Shown here in pieces: positions 1 to 10,620 of a stretch of 64,000 bases of DNA (position 1 is the first letter of the stretch; each line of letters opens with the position of its first letter). A program made the position numbers and the translations under genes. Source of the DNA: an uncultured Verrucomicrobiae bacterium (GTDB lineage: Bacteria > Verrucomicrobiota > Verrucomicrobiia > Limisphaerales > JAFGQR01); the NCBI GenBank assembly GCA_963788655.1, contig CAWBHS010000102.1:1-64000 (forward strand), in the 5' to 3' direction. The notes under the pieces are model-generated. The model searched no databases, was not told the origin of the DNA, and saw only the letters and a program-made list of their open reading frames with translations.

Positions 1-1
1 G

Positions 2-799
2 CATCCGGGGTGGCATCGGCAACGGATCTCCCAAGAACTGGCGGAGCAGTGGCAGTGGCGCAACGCGAGGGGACAACTCAAGGACATGGCCGCCCGGACC
101 CTGCTGCTCAAGCTGCAGGCGCGCGGTTTGGTGAACTTGCCGCCCCGCCGCCGACCACCGGTCCCGCGCCGGCGCGCCCAACGCCCCGCCCCATCGTCGG
201 CACCCCCGCAACCGGTCCAGGTCAGCTTGACCGATTTGGCCCCGCTGAGCGTGGAGGAAGTCAGCCGAGAGCCTGCCGGACGCCGACTCCTGGACCGGGC
301 TCTTCGAGAGTTTCATTATCTGGGCCACGGGGGCACCGTGGGCGAAAATCTGCAATACTGCCTCAAAGACCGAGCCGATCGGCCGCTGGCCTGGGCGGTG
401 TTCGGCGCGCCGGCTTGGAAGTGCCAGGACCGGGACCGGTTCATCGGCTGGAGGGTCGAACAAAGCGAACGCCATCTGGCGCTCATCGCCAATAACACGC
501 GCCTGCTCATCGTGCCCTGGCTCCAGGCGCCGGGATTGGGCAGTTGGTTCTTAAGTCGGATCAGCCGACGAATCCAAGCCGATTGGCAGCGCAAGTATGG
601 ACATTCGGTGGCACTCCTGGAGACCTTCGTCCAAGCGAGCCGTTTCCGCGGCACGGTCTACCAAGCCGCCAATTGGCGCCGGGTGGGTTGGACCAAGGGG
701 CGCACCCGCCAAGACCGCGAACGCACGATCCAGGCGCCGGTTAAAGCGGTTTACGTGTATCCGCTGCAAGCCCATTTCCGGGAGGTCCTCTGCGCATGA
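2..799 (+). CDS. DUF4338 (DruA-like) protein, 5'-partial; Mom/GNAT-like motif; passenger of IS66-like element
   Basis: Frame is open from base 2 (HPGWHRQRISQELAEQWQWRNARGQLKDMAARTLLLKL). Motifs FHYLG, RDRFIGW, NNTRLLI, LETFV and FRGTVYQAANW are typical of DUF4338. Its stop overlaps the next start (ATGA 796-799). Confidence 0.8.
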   Translation, partial: HPGWHRQRISQELAEQWQWRNARGQLKDMAARTLLLKLQARGLVNLPPRRRPPVPRRRAQRPAPSSAPPQPVQVSLTDLAPLSVEEVSREPAGRRLLDRALREFHYLGHGGTVGENLQYCLKDRADRPLAWAVFGAPAWKCQDRDRFIGWRVEQSERHLALIANNTRLLIVPWLQAPGLGSWFLSRISRRIQADWQRKYGHSVALLETFVQASRFRGTVYQAANWRRVGWTKGRTRQDRERTIQAPVKAVYVYPLQAHFREVLCA

Positions 800-2410
800 A
801 AGAGCAGGAGGCCCTGCGTCGTCAACGGCAGCGGACCGAGCAGGCCCTGGCCGCCGCGCAGCAGGCCCTGCAGCAACGCGACGAGCAGTTGCGGCAGACC
901 CGCCAGGAACTGGAGGCGCACCAGCGGAAGCTGGCGGAGGCCCAGGCGATCATCGCCGATCTGAAGCAACAGCTCTTTGGTTCGAAAGCCGAGAAACTCA
1001 AACGCCGAGCAGGAAGCGCAACTGCACAAGCTGGCCAACGACCTCCAAGCGCAGGCCCAGGGTCCGGAGCCGCTGAGCCAGGAGGTGGTGGAGGCGGAGC
1101 AGAAGCAGGAGCGGGACGAACAGCGGCAGCGCAAAAAGAACCGCCGGAAGCGCCGCCATCTGCCGCCGGTCCAACTGGAAAAGCGAACCGAGGTTTTGGA
1201 GCCCCAGGACAAGTTCTGCCCCACCACCGGCCAACCCCGACCGCGCATCGGCCAGGAGGTCACCACCGAATATGAATTCGAGCCGGCCAAGTTGATCATC
1301 AAAGAAACCGTCCGGCCCAAATACGGCGAGTGCGGGAAGGACTGCTGCTCGGGCGTGACCGTGGCGCCCCTGCCGCCGCGCTTGCTGCCGCAAAGCAAGC
1401 TCGGGCTGGGCCTGGCGGTGTTTCTGTTGCTCAGTCGCTTTGACGACCACATCGCCTACTACACGTTGGAACGGAATTTTCGGGAGCGATTGGGCGTGGT
1501 GATCTCGCGCCAGCAAATGGTGCAGTGGGTCGAAAAGATCGCGCATTTGCTCCTGGCGATTTACTGGGCGATCTGGGAGGAACTCAAGTCGGGGAACTAC
1601 CTGCAAGTCGACGAGACGCCCGTCAAAGTGCTCGATCCGGAAGTGCGCGGCAAAGCGGCCACCGGCTATCTTTGGTTTTACTCAGCGCCGCAGGGGGACG
1701 TGCGCTTGGAGTTCTGCGGCGGCCGGGGGCGGGATGGACCCGCCGCCCGGCTCGAGGGATTTGAGGGCACCATCCAAAGCGACGGCTACACCGTCTACGA
1801 GTCGCTGCGGCGAGGGAGTGGCGGGCGCCTGAAACGCATCGGTTGCCTGGGACATGCGCGGCGCCGTTTCTACAAAGCGCTCCAGGAATCACTCCAAGAC
1901 GGGCTCTGGTTTATCCTGAAGATTCGGGAGCTCTATCGCATTGAAGACTCCCTGCGAGAGGCCTCGTTTGAGGAACGGCGCCGCGTCCGCTTGGCTCGCA
2001 CGCCGGCCATCTGGCGAGAGATGAAGCACCGCGCCGAACAGTTGCGCAAAGATCCACGGGTATTGCCGGCCAGCACGCTGGGCAAGGCGGCCCGTTACTT
2101 CCTCAAGGAGTATACCGCGATGGTCGGATATCTGCGCGACGGGCGGTTCGAAATGGATAACAATCTCGTCGAAAACGACGTGAGGCCTTCGGCGCTCGGC
2201 CGCCGCCGGTGGCTATTCATTGGGCATCCGGACGCCGGTTGGCGCAGTGCGGTCATTTACACCATCATCCAGAGCTGCCGGCGGCGAGACATCAATCCCC
2301 AGGAGTACCTGACCGACGGGCTGCGGCGCCTGCCCTCAATGAATGCGGCCGAGGTGAAGGAGTTAACGCCCAGCCGTTGGAAGCCCGTCCAGCCGGCAGC
2401 CACCCCATAG
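796..2410 (+). CDS. IS66-family transposase TnpC (one frameshift near 1000, probably an extra A)
   Basis: Coiled-coil N-terminus ending LFGSKAEKL (796 frame) continues in ORF 977..2410 with LQVDETPV, IQSDGYTVY, CLGHARRRF, MDNNLVENDVRP, GRRRWLF and INPQEYL. Confidence 0.9.
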
Positions 2411-2503
2411 CTTGGTGCTCGGCAGTTCATAGCCCCCGCTGCGCGATCCGTTCGCACCGGCCGGGCTGCCCCTTGGCCACCGTGCGCCGCCACCGCCTAG
2501 TGC

Positions 2504-3958
2504 CAATGCCCTTAAGAAATTCGCATAGCATCCAGATGGTGTATAAGTGTATAAAGTGTTTAATATCAACACTTTATGATTGTACTTTTGAAATGGATAC
2601 CCCATTAAGCTGGGGATGCGAAACAAAGCAACGCTCTCGAACTCGGTTTTTCGACGCCTCTATAGTCGTCTGGTGCCCTCGACACTTATCCGCCGCATCT
2701 TCCGTCACTGTGGGCCCGCTTGTCGCCGCCCACCAACAATTACCGCAGTCGAACTGATCATGGGCTTGGTCTGGCATGTCTTGCAAGGCACGGGCACTTT
2801 CGCCGAGAATATCGGCGTGCTGACCCGCAAGACGATTAGCGATGGGGCCCTCTCGCAGCGGCGTACCGCGCTGCCCTGGCAAATCTTTGAGTCGATCCTG
2901 GAGGCCGCCTTGAGTCCCAAAGCCAAGCCCAAAGAACATCCCGAGGCGTTCTATCAGGGGTTGCGTTTGTGTGGGACCGACGGCAGCAGCTTTTCGGTGG
3001 CCAATACCCCGCAAGTCAAGAAGACCATGACCAAGGCGGTCAGTCGGCGTCGGAAGGCCGCGTTTGCCAAGGTCGGCGTGGTTACGTTGGTCGAACTGGG
3101 CTTGCACAATCCCATTGGGGCCGCCATCGGACCGGCGGGGGAGTCGGAGATGGCGCTGGCCCATTACCTGATCCATGAGTTGCCGGAGATGAGTTTGTGG
3201 CTCAGTGATCGCTACTACGGCGTGCCTAGTCTGGTGCTGAAGATTGCCGAACGGTATCCGGAGGGCGGCCGGGAGTTCCTGCTGCGGGTGCGGCGCAACC
3301 TCAAGGTGCGAGTGGTGGAGGCGTATAAAGACGGGAGCGCGCTGGTCGAAATCAAGCAAGGTAAGAAGACATGCTTGGTGCGCGAGATTGTGGGGCGGGT
3401 CCGACGCGGGCGAGGCAAGTGGAGCACCGTGCGGCTGTGGACCAGCTTGCTGGACTGGAAGAGACACCCCGCTGAGGAGTTGCTGGCGTTGTATGCTCGG
3501 CGCTGGGAGCAAGAGATCTTCTACAAGGAACTGAAGGGCGACATGCGATCGAGTCTTCTCCTGCAAAGTCACACCCAGATAACAGCGGCGCAGGAGATCG
3601 CGGCCTTGAATCTGGCTTACGCGGTTCTGGTGGACGAGCGGATCAAGGCGGCCAAGGTTGGCGAGGTCGCGGTGTTGCGGATCAGCTTCTCGAAGACCCT
3701 GCACTTGGTACGCGGGTTGTGGCATTTCCTGGAGGTCTCTGAAGGAATCCTTACGGCAGACCAGGTGAGGAAGGTAGTCCGGCGAACGCTTCGATTGATC
3801 GCGCAACGGGCGATCCCTAAACGTCGGCAGCGGTCGTGTCCCCGTGAACTCCGTCAGCCCGTGAGTAGTTGGCCCAGGCTGTTGAGAAACACCTATCAAA
3901 GGGGAGCCGCGCAGTATGAAATTACTCCCGCAACTGCATGAATTTCTTACAGGCATTG
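2504..3958 (+). mobile_element. Complete IS4-family insertion sequence (1455 bp)
   Basis: TIRs CAATGCCCTTAAGAAATTC (2504-2522) and GAATTTCTTACAGGCATTG (3940-3958) match at 17/19. Direct repeat CGCCTAGTGC (10 bp) lies at 2494-2503 and 3959-3968. Confidence 0.93.
2616..3941 (+). CDS. IS4-family DDE transposase
   Basis: 441 aa; GTDGSSF (D), LSDRYY (D) and the YREK-type motif YARRWEQEIFYKELK. Confidence 0.92.
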   Translation: MRNKATLSNSVFRRLYSRLVPSTLIRRIFRHCGPACRRPPTITAVELIMGLVWHVLQGTGTFAENIGVLTRKTISDGALSQRRTALPWQIFESILEAALSPKAKPKEHPEAFYQGLRLCGTDGSSFSVANTPQVKKTMTKAVSRRRKAAFAKVGVVTLVELGLHNPIGAAIGPAGESEMALAHYLIHELPEMSLWLSDRYYGVPSLVLKIAERYPEGGREFLLRVRRNLKVRVVEAYKDGSALVEIKQGKKTCLVREIVGRVRRGRGKWSTVRLWTSLLDWKRHPAEELLALYARRWEQEIFYKELKGDMRSSLLLQSHTQITAAQEIAALNLAYAVLVDERIKAAKVGEVAVLRISFSKTLHLVRGLWHFLEVSEGILTADQVRKVVRRTLRLIAQRAIPKRRQRSCPRELRQPVSSWPRLLRNTYQRGAAQYEITPATA

Positions 3959-4082
3959 CGCCTAGTGCCCCCCACGCACCTCCGTTAACGCTTACGTTTC
4001 TTCCGGCGAGACGCCGGAAGCACGCTGCCCAACGTGCTGCCGAAAACCCGCCGGCAGTTTTTTTGAAGCAGCGATCCGAGTG

Positions 4083-6815
4083 TCACGGTTCCATTGTACG
4101 AACCGGCACCAGTCGCACCGGTCCCAGCAGGCCGGAATCCGTCAACGGCCATTTGGCGGCGTTGAACTTCTTGTAGTCAATGTTCACAAAGTTGATGTCG
4201 TGAAAGTTCTGCCACGGAACCTTGCGCCGGTCGAGGTCGCGGATGCGGTTGGCCGAGACGTTGGTAACGTCCACTTCCAACACGTTGTCTTTTGCTTTCA
4301 ATGCCGCCACCGGCACTCGGAAAGGCCGCACGAACAGCGTCCCCAAATCACGCCCATTCAGCCGCACGCGCGCACTCTGGCAAACCAGCCCCAAATCAAG
4401 CCACCATCCGCTGTCGGTCGAGGGCGGGCGATCAAATGTTATCGTGTAACGCGCGGTGCCGGCAAAGCGTTGTGCTTCATCGCCGCCCAATTCCGTCCAG
4501 GAAGCCAATCGCGGCGTCCGCAATTCCAGCGGCATCACGGGACCCCCTTGAACAAATCGAATTTTCCATTCGCCGGGCACTTCCACTGGCTCCCCCGCCG
4601 TCTGATAATAAGGCCAGGAATCGCCTGCCACGGTGGTCTGCTCCAACGCATGAAGAATGATCGACTCGCCCGGCGCCAGTTGAAGATAAACCTGACTGCC
4701 GCCCGCCAGCGACGGACGTAACGCCCCAAGACCAGCCCGGCCACTCGCCGGGTCCATCACTACGATTGAACCGGCTTGAGCAGTCAAAGGAATCCAGCCG
4801 TTGATGGTGGCCTCGCCACGGTTGGCAACGAAATACCAGCGACCATCTGCCGCGCGACGACGAATCACCCGCAGCCCCGGATGATCCACCAACGTCTCAC
4901 GTGGCACTCGCGCGAACGCCAGCGCCGCCGCCAAATCTCCCACAATCACGCGGCCCACCCCCACCTTGGCGATCTTCAAGGCAGAGCCGTCCGCCACCGC
5001 AAACTGCAGCGTTGCCAGTGTCTGCTGGAACTTTTCGCGGCGAGTTTCCAGATTACCCAATCCGGGCACGTCGGCGGGCAATTGCTTTTCAAGAATCACC
5101 GTGGCGCCGTCCTCGGCCAGGTCCAACAAACGCTGCATTGTTTTCAGTGGAATCAACCGGCACTCCGGAACCGCAATCACGCGGTAATGGCCGCCCGGCA
5201 TTTCGATGCCCCCCTCCCCTGCCCTGCCCAACGCCAGTTGCCGGTCAGACACATAGTCGAAGGCGTAGCCTTCATCCCAAAGCCGTTTGGCGGCGCGGCC
5301 GATTGGCTGGCCTTCCAGCCAGTCCCGCGCATGCACGGTCAGGGGCTGGACCAACCCTTTGGGTTGCTGCCAGAAATCATAGATCGGCCAATACAGCAAC
5401 ACATCGTCGTCCGGTTGGCCGGCTTGGAGCACGGACTGACAACGCGCGATGTAAGCCGCCAAGGCCGGAACATCGTGCCATATAGAATTGCGCGGATTCA
5501 TCTCTGTGGACGCGTAAAAGAGCCATCCCGGCCAAGCTGCCTCATCCGGTGAATAGCAAGTGCCATGAAAGGCGACGTGGTTCACGCCGGACAAGAACAA
5601 GTCATCCAGCAAGTATTTCACGTCGGCCAAGGTTTCGGTGAAATGCTCCTGCAACCACGTGCCCGTTTCCGCCGCCACCAATTGCCGCCCCACCGTATGC
5701 GCGGCGGATGAAGCGAACTTGGACACCAACACGCTGCGATCCAGATGGAACATTTCCGTCTCGGGAATGTCGGCCAATGCGTAGAGGTCGAGCAGGTTGC
5801 CCGGCGAACCGTGCGCCTCGTTGCGCGTCAACATTCCCCGCGCGTGCGCCCAATTCACCCACAACGGCAGGGTCGCTTCCGCCATGACGTCGGAAACCGT
5901 CTCGCGGTAATCGCACTTCACGCGGGCGACGTGCTCGTTCGCCTCCTGGCTGAACAACGCCGGCAATTCGGCTTGCAGCCGGTAGCCGCGCCGCTGTTTG
6001 AATTGCGCAAAGAAATCGGGCGCCCAGTCAGAGAGATACTCGTACGAATCATGGTAAACGGCGCGCGGCTTGGGGCCATCGTAGTGCGCGAACGCCTGGG
6101 TGAACCACTCCAAGTAATGGCGCATTGCCTGAGGATAGATCAGGTTCAGCATGGGGCCTTCGCCACCGGGCGCCGCGCGCTTGACCTTTCGACCCGACGG
6201 CTTTTGCGAAACCGCATACACCCGCCAACCCTCGCCTTCGGCGGTCCAATCAACCGTGCCATCAGCCGCGATGTCGCCGGTCAATTCAACCGAATGGCCG
6301 TCGGGTGCAAAGGCCATTAATGCTTGGGTGGTCCGAGGATCAAATTTTTCCTTTAGTCGAGTACCAACGGGAACATCGAAGGTCTTGACGACCACGCGGG
6401 CGTTGGCGTCCTCGTCGGTTACTGTCGGACCGCCGAAGCACCAACCGGTGCCCAGCGTCATATCCACAGCCATCCCCAGCCGCTGCGCTTCCGCAACGGT
6501 GTACCGGAGCATCGCCATCCATTGCGGACTGAGATACGGGATGTATTTGTCCTCCCAACCTTTCGCCCCATAGATCGGGATGATATGGACCCCGCCCCAT
6601 CCAGCCTTCGCGTAGCGTTCGAGTTCCCGCGTGAGGTTGTTGGTGTCCACGGCGCTGCCCATCCACCACCAATAGGACCAAGGTTTACAATCGCGTGCGA
6701 GGGTCGGCCAAGCGAGAGATGACGCGGCTGATGAATCCGCAGCATTTGCGGTCAGTCCGGCGGTCAAGGAGACACTGAGCAGCAGAATTGAGATTAATCG
6801 ACGTTTCATGATCAT
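4083..6815 (-). CDS. Secreted glycoside hydrolase, GH106 (alpha-L-rhamnosidase)-like
   Basis: Signal peptide MIMKRRLISILLL...; KPWSYWWWMGSAVD, DMTLGTGWCFGGP, YHDSYE, NEAHGSPGNLLDLY and a C-terminal SGLLGPVRL. Confidence 0.85.
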   Translation of the reverse strand: MIMKRRLISILLLSVSLTAGLTANAADSSAASSLAWPTLARDCKPWSYWWWMGSAVDTNNLTRELERYAKAGWGGVHIIPIYGAKGWEDKYIPYLSPQWMAMLRYTVAEAQRLGMAVDMTLGTGWCFGGPTVTDEDANARVVVKTFDVPVGTRLKEKFDPRTTQALMAFAPDGHSVELTGDIAADGTVDWTAEGEGWRVYAVSQKPSGRKVKRAAPGGEGPMLNLIYPQAMRHYLEWFTQAFAHYDGPKPRAVYHDSYEYLSDWAPDFFAQFKQRRGYRLQAELPALFSQEANEHVARVKCDYRETVSDVMAEATLPLWVNWAHARGMLTRNEAHGSPGNLLDLYALADIPETEMFHLDRSVLVSKFASSAAHTVGRQLVAAETGTWLQEHFTETLADVKYLLDDLFLSGVNHVAFHGTCYSPDEAAWPGWLFYASTEMNPRNSIWHDVPALAAYIARCQSVLQAGQPDDDVLLYWPIYDFWQQPKGLVQPLTVHARDWLEGQPIGRAAKRLWDEGYAFDYVSDRQLALGRAGEGGIEMPGGHYRVIAVPECRLIPLKTMQRLLDLAEDGATVILEKQLPADVPGLGNLETRREKFQQTLATLQFAVADGSALKIAKVGVGRVIVGDLAAALAFARVPRETLVDHPGLRVIRRRAADGRWYFVANRGEATINGWIPLTAQAGSIVVMDPASGRAGLGALRPSLAGGSQVYLQLAPGESIILHALEQTTVAGDSWPYYQTAGEPVEVPGEWKIRFVQGGPVMPLELRTPRLASWTELGGDEAQRFAGTARYTITFDRPPSTDSGWWLDLGLVCQSARVRLNGRDLGTLFVRPFRVPVAALKAKDNVLEVDVTNVSANRIRDLDRRKVPWQNFHDINFVNIDYKKFNAAKWPLTDSGLLGPVRLVPVRTMEP

Positions 6816-6921
6816 GTCTTTGCGGCCTTCCACCGCGCGGAGACTCTTTCCCAACACGAAGCAGATTGCCTCTCGTATTCTCAAAACCGCCGGCTGGGAA
6901 AGCAATACTTTCCCGGCCAAC

Positions 6922-6946
6922 AAAAAAGGCGCCGTTCCTGGCGCCT
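6922..6946 (-). terminator. Rho-independent terminator of rpsT
   Basis: Minus strand reads AGGCGCC-AGGAAC-GGCGCC-TTTTTT about 30 nt after the rpsT stop. Confidence 0.7.
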
Positions 6947-6974
6947 GGTTAAAAAATTCGGGCGGAGTAACCCG

Positions 6975-7238
6975 CTACTTCATGCCAGCCAATCGCGCAG
7001 CCAGACGGGATTTCTTGCGACTCGCCTTGGCCTTGTGCAACGCGCCACCCTTGGCGGCCTTGTCATAGACCGAACTGACCTGGCGGTAGGCCGTGCTGGC
7101 TTCTTCTTTCTTGCCCTGCGCCACGGCGTCTAAAAATTGTTTCTCGGCGGTTTTCACCCGCGACTTGGCGGCCAAGTTTCTTGTTTGTGCCCGAGCGCTA
7201 CTGCGCATCCGGCGTTCGGCAGACTTTTTATTTGGCAT
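6975..7238 (-). CDS. rpsT: 30S ribosomal protein S20
   Basis: MPNKKSAERRMR...DKAAKGGALHKAKASRKKSRL, 87 aa. Confidence 0.96.
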   Translation of the reverse strand: MPNKKSAERRMRSSARAQTRNLAAKSRVKTAEKQFLDAVAQGKKEEASTAYRQVSSVYDKAAKGGALHKAKASRKKSRLAARLAGMK

Positions 7239-7331
7239 AGTATCGTGTCAATCGTTGCAAAAAAATCAGGGGCAAAACCGTAGCGGAAACGCCCCGCTTG
7301 TCAACGGATTGTTGCGAATATCTTAAGCGGA

Positions 7332-10300
7332 TTACGGAATTTGTCGGGATTGATCCGGTTCCATGACCACCGTCGCACCGGCGCCAGTGGAGGACAAAAA
7401 GCGCTGATAAATGAAGGAAACAACAATCAACACCACGGCCAAGCCGATGAGTGACCCCACCCGATACATGCCGCCCAAACGCCAGAGGTCGTGCAGGAAG
7501 ATCTTGATAATAGTCGCCACCAGCAACCCCATTCCGCTGTAGCGTGCGGCGGCGTTGTTGATCAGAAAGCCCACCGCCAGTAACCCGAAAGCAAACAGCC
7601 CCCACGCCAACGAATAAGTCATATCCTGTCCCAGGTTGCCGGAGAACCGGAAGGTCAAATGGGTGCCGGTACTGAAGAAGTCCGCAATTTCGATGTTCAA
7701 GAGGAGGAACGCGAGCACCGTGCCCATCCCCCACAACCAAGGGGGCACATTTACATTTTCAAGCCGATGACGCGGCGGCGCCAGCAACCGGGCACCGACC
7801 ATCAGACACCCGGCCACGATGCCGTAAGTGTAGAGGAACCAATTGAAAATCGGTTGCCCCGAGCGCGCATGATAGTCGAGCACCGCCGGGTTCAACGCCA
7901 ACCGTGCAAACGCCACCGTCAACAGCACCACCCCCACCCATTTAAGACCGGGATGCGGCACCCGGTGCAGCAACCAAAGCAACGCCACTCCCTCGAGCGC
8001 CCAGCCAATGGTCAGCCACTCATGATCGAATTGGACCGGAAAGACGAGGGTAATGAAAAACAACGTGGCTCCGCCAAACAGAGCCAGCAGGGTGTTCCGC
8101 GTGGTCAGAGCTTGGGGAAGTTTCTTGATCAAATGCACCAAACCCAGCAGGCAGGGAACCGCCAGAAGCGCGGGCAGCACGCCCGGATAATCCGCTGCTG
8201 GCCAGGCTTGTTTCGCTGAATGGTGCAACAGATAAAAGTGCGCGGGCAAGGCCAGGGCCGACACCGTCCAAGGAAGCCATCGTGCTTGCAGCTTCTCGCG
8301 GAACAGGAATGGGAAAACGAAGAATAAGGCCCCAAAGCCCAGATGCCATGCCAGAGCCAGTCCGATTTGATCGGGATCAAACCGCTGCAAATGCCACACG
8401 TATTCCAACAGTAAAACAGAAGCCATTCCAACCGCCGCGAGCGCATCCACCCGATACAATCGCACCACGCCGAGAAACAAAACCACCAGCCCCGCCGCCA
8501 GGCCAAACACCGCCGACGGATTGGCCATGGGCAGACGCAAGACAACCAGCGTAAGCAATAGAAACGGCAGCATCGCTCCCATCGCGGCCATTTGGGCGAA
8601 CATTTGTGGCGGGACATTGGCCATCCCCAAGTCCGGTCCTCTCAGTGACGCTTCACCGTCAGCGGCCTTCCGAGCGACCAGCAGACGCGCGACCCAAATT
8701 CCTGCAACGGTGAAAAAGATGGCAAATCCACCAATGACCGCCAACAAGGCCGGAACCTCGGCCAACTCTGGCGGCACTTGGATGATCCACAGCCCGGTCA
8801 CCAGCATGGTCAAGAGAAAGACCGCCAAGACTGACACCAACGAGGACGTCAGCAACGCCAGGCCGAAAGCCACCAAGTCAATCATCAGCACCACCGGCCA
8901 GATGAGCAACGAAGTTGTCTCCAGTTTGAAAAACGGCACCAGGATCAACAGTAACGCCAGTAAGGGGTAACCATGGGCCCACCACAGCGGAGTCGGCGCG
9001 GGACGAAGCTTCTGGAGGACCACTGGCGCCAGCGAGTGCAGGAGGGCAAAAAGCAGGAAGCACCCCAGCGCGGGAAGCAAGGTCTGCGGCGTCAGGTAAC
9101 GGATCGTCCAGATCATCAACAGCAAGAAGACCCCGCCGCCCGCCGCCAATTGCGCCGGCCGCAAGTTGTCCCGCAACCAGGCAATCGCGAGAAATCCCAG
9201 GTCCACCAGGAACACAAAACCAAACATCAAGCCCACGCTTTGGGCGATTTCCGTATAAGGACTCACCAACAAATACCCGGCAAACGCCAACGCAATACCT
9301 GGCGGGATCAGCGCCGCAACTTCATTCCATTGGTCGGCAGCCGTCGCCCGGTGGGCCAACGCCAAGGCTGCGACAAACAGCAGGGCAAAAAAGAGGAAGA
9401 TGCCCATCGCAACGTAAATCTTCTCCGCCGTGAAGAATTGACCGGACCAAGCCACCTGCATCGTTACGGTCCCCAGCGCCGCCAGCAACGTCAGATAATT
9501 CCAGCGTTTTCGGGTCGCCACGCCCAGCAATCCAACGTCCAGCATCGCCACATAACCGAACAGCAGGAACGGATGATCCTCGCCCCTGGAAAGCAGAACG
9601 GGGGTCAGAAAGCCGCCCACCCAACCCAGCACCGCCACCACCTGGGCCTCCAACCGGATCGCCAACACAAACGCCGCGCCCGTTACCATGGTCATCTGAA
9701 TGAACGCCGTTGCCAGATCAATTTGTTGGTAGTAAGCGTGCGACGCATAAATCGTGGCGTAAAGAATCAGAATCCCACTCGCGCAGAGCGTTTGTACCGT
9801 AACGGGATTGCGCTCCCGCGAAACGAAGTGGCCGCCAATCACCAATCCCAGACCAACCGCGTAACCAATGACCACGCGCACCGCCGGGCTGATCAAGTTA
9901 TTGTCGAAGGCGTGTTTGACGAAGAACGCCATTCCCAGGAACAAAATGAAGCCGCCAATCCAAGCGAAGAGTTTGACGCCCAGAAATTGCTCCCAGTTGA
10001 TCGGCTTCCGCGCGACCGGGCGCAGCCAGGCGTTGCCACCCGGTGTCGGCGATGGCAAGCCTGGAGTGAAGGCGGGTGCCGGAACGTGTGACTGGGGCGG
10101 TGACGCTGGCAACACCGGCGGCGCCGGCACGATGGGCTTCACGCTTGCCGTTGGCTCGGCGGTGGGTTCAGCCGGGGGCGCCGGCGGCGGCGTGGTGCTG
10201 GTTGAAAGCGACGGTGCCGGAACGGCCGGAGCTGCGGGCGCAGGTGAGGTTTCGTGTTTTGGCGCCGGCTGCTCGTCCTGGTGCAATAAGTGCCGGGAAA

Positions 10301-10427
10301 TCCGTTCCAGATTCCACAGTCGATGTTCGATGGCCGTAAACTTGTCGCGAAGTTTCTGTATCGAAAATAGCAGCCAGCCCACCAGCAGGGACAAAATGAG
10401 AATTAAGAAATAAATCATGGTCGCCAC
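7332..10427 (-). CDS. DUF2339 large integral membrane protein
   Basis: Pro-rich linker, then WEQFLGVKLFAWIGG, many TM helices and C-terminal KIFLHDLWRLGGMYRVGSLIGL. Confidence 0.85.
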   Translation of the reverse strand: MATMIYFLILILSLLVGWLLFSIQKLRDKFTAIEHRLWNLERISRHLLHQDEQPAPKHETSPAPAAPAVPAPSLSTSTTPPPAPPAEPTAEPTASVKPIVPAPPVLPASPPQSHVPAPAFTPGLPSPTPGGNAWLRPVARKPINWEQFLGVKLFAWIGGFILFLGMAFFVKHAFDNNLISPAVRVVIGYAVGLGLVIGGHFVSRERNPVTVQTLCASGILILYATIYASHAYYQQIDLATAFIQMTMVTGAAFVLAIRLEAQVVAVLGWVGGFLTPVLLSRGEDHPFLLFGYVAMLDVGLLGVATRKRWNYLTLLAALGTVTMQVAWSGQFFTAEKIYVAMGIFLFFALLFVAALALAHRATAADQWNEVAALIPPGIALAFAGYLLVSPYTEIAQSVGLMFGFVFLVDLGFLAIAWLRDNLRPAQLAAGGGVFLLLMIWTIRYLTPQTLLPALGCFLLFALLHSLAPVVLQKLRPAPTPLWWAHGYPLLALLLILVPFFKLETTSLLIWPVVLMIDLVAFGLALLTSSLVSVLAVFLLTMLVTGLWIIQVPPELAEVPALLAVIGGFAIFFTVAGIWVARLLVARKAADGEASLRGPDLGMANVPPQMFAQMAAMGAMLPFLLLTLVVLRLPMANPSAVFGLAAGLVVLFLGVVRLYRVDALAAVGMASVLLLEYVWHLQRFDPDQIGLALAWHLGFGALFFVFPFLFREKLQARWLPWTVSALALPAHFYLLHHSAKQAWPAADYPGVLPALLAVPCLLGLVHLIKKLPQALTTRNTLLALFGGATLFFITLVFPVQFDHEWLTIGWALEGVALLWLLHRVPHPGLKWVGVVLLTVAFARLALNPAVLDYHARSGQPIFNWFLYTYGIVAGCLMVGARLLAPPRHRLENVNVPPWLWGMGTVLAFLLLNIEIADFFSTGTHLTFRFSGNLGQDMTYSLAWGLFAFGLLAVGFLINNAAARYSGMGLLVATIIKIFLHDLWRLGGMYRVGSLIGLAVVLIVVSFIYQRFLSSTGAGATVVMEPDQSRQIP

Positions 10428-10620
10428 CTCCGGTTTGCAGGAAGCATCCTGCGTGGTTGATCACGTTCCAGCCATGTCGTGTTTTTGTTCACACCCGCGA
10501 CAGTATTCCATCCCCGCCAGCGGATAGTAATCGAAAAAACTGCGGCCCCTATCGACAGCGGCAATAGCCAAACCGAGTCGTTGCGTTCACCCTCCGCCAG
10601 TAACTCCTCCTGAACCTCGC

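Larger units (their letters stand above)
1..3995 (+). mobile_element. IS66-like element (left end outside window), right terminus at about 3995
   Basis: TCCGTTAACGCTTAC at 3981-3995 (reverse complement GTAAGCGTTAACGGA) matches the GTAAGCG-type IS66 terminus. The IS4 insertion separates it from tnpC. Confidence 0.65.

Noticed and set aside
2..799. Druantia defence system
   Set aside because: Only a DUF4338 gene coupled to a transposase is present; no DruE helicase or other dru genes are adjacent.
2574..3956. Long antisense ORFs (also 24065-25417, 35489-36853, 38816-40765, 62172-63770)
   Set aside because: These are shadow ORFs opposite real genes in GC-rich DNA.
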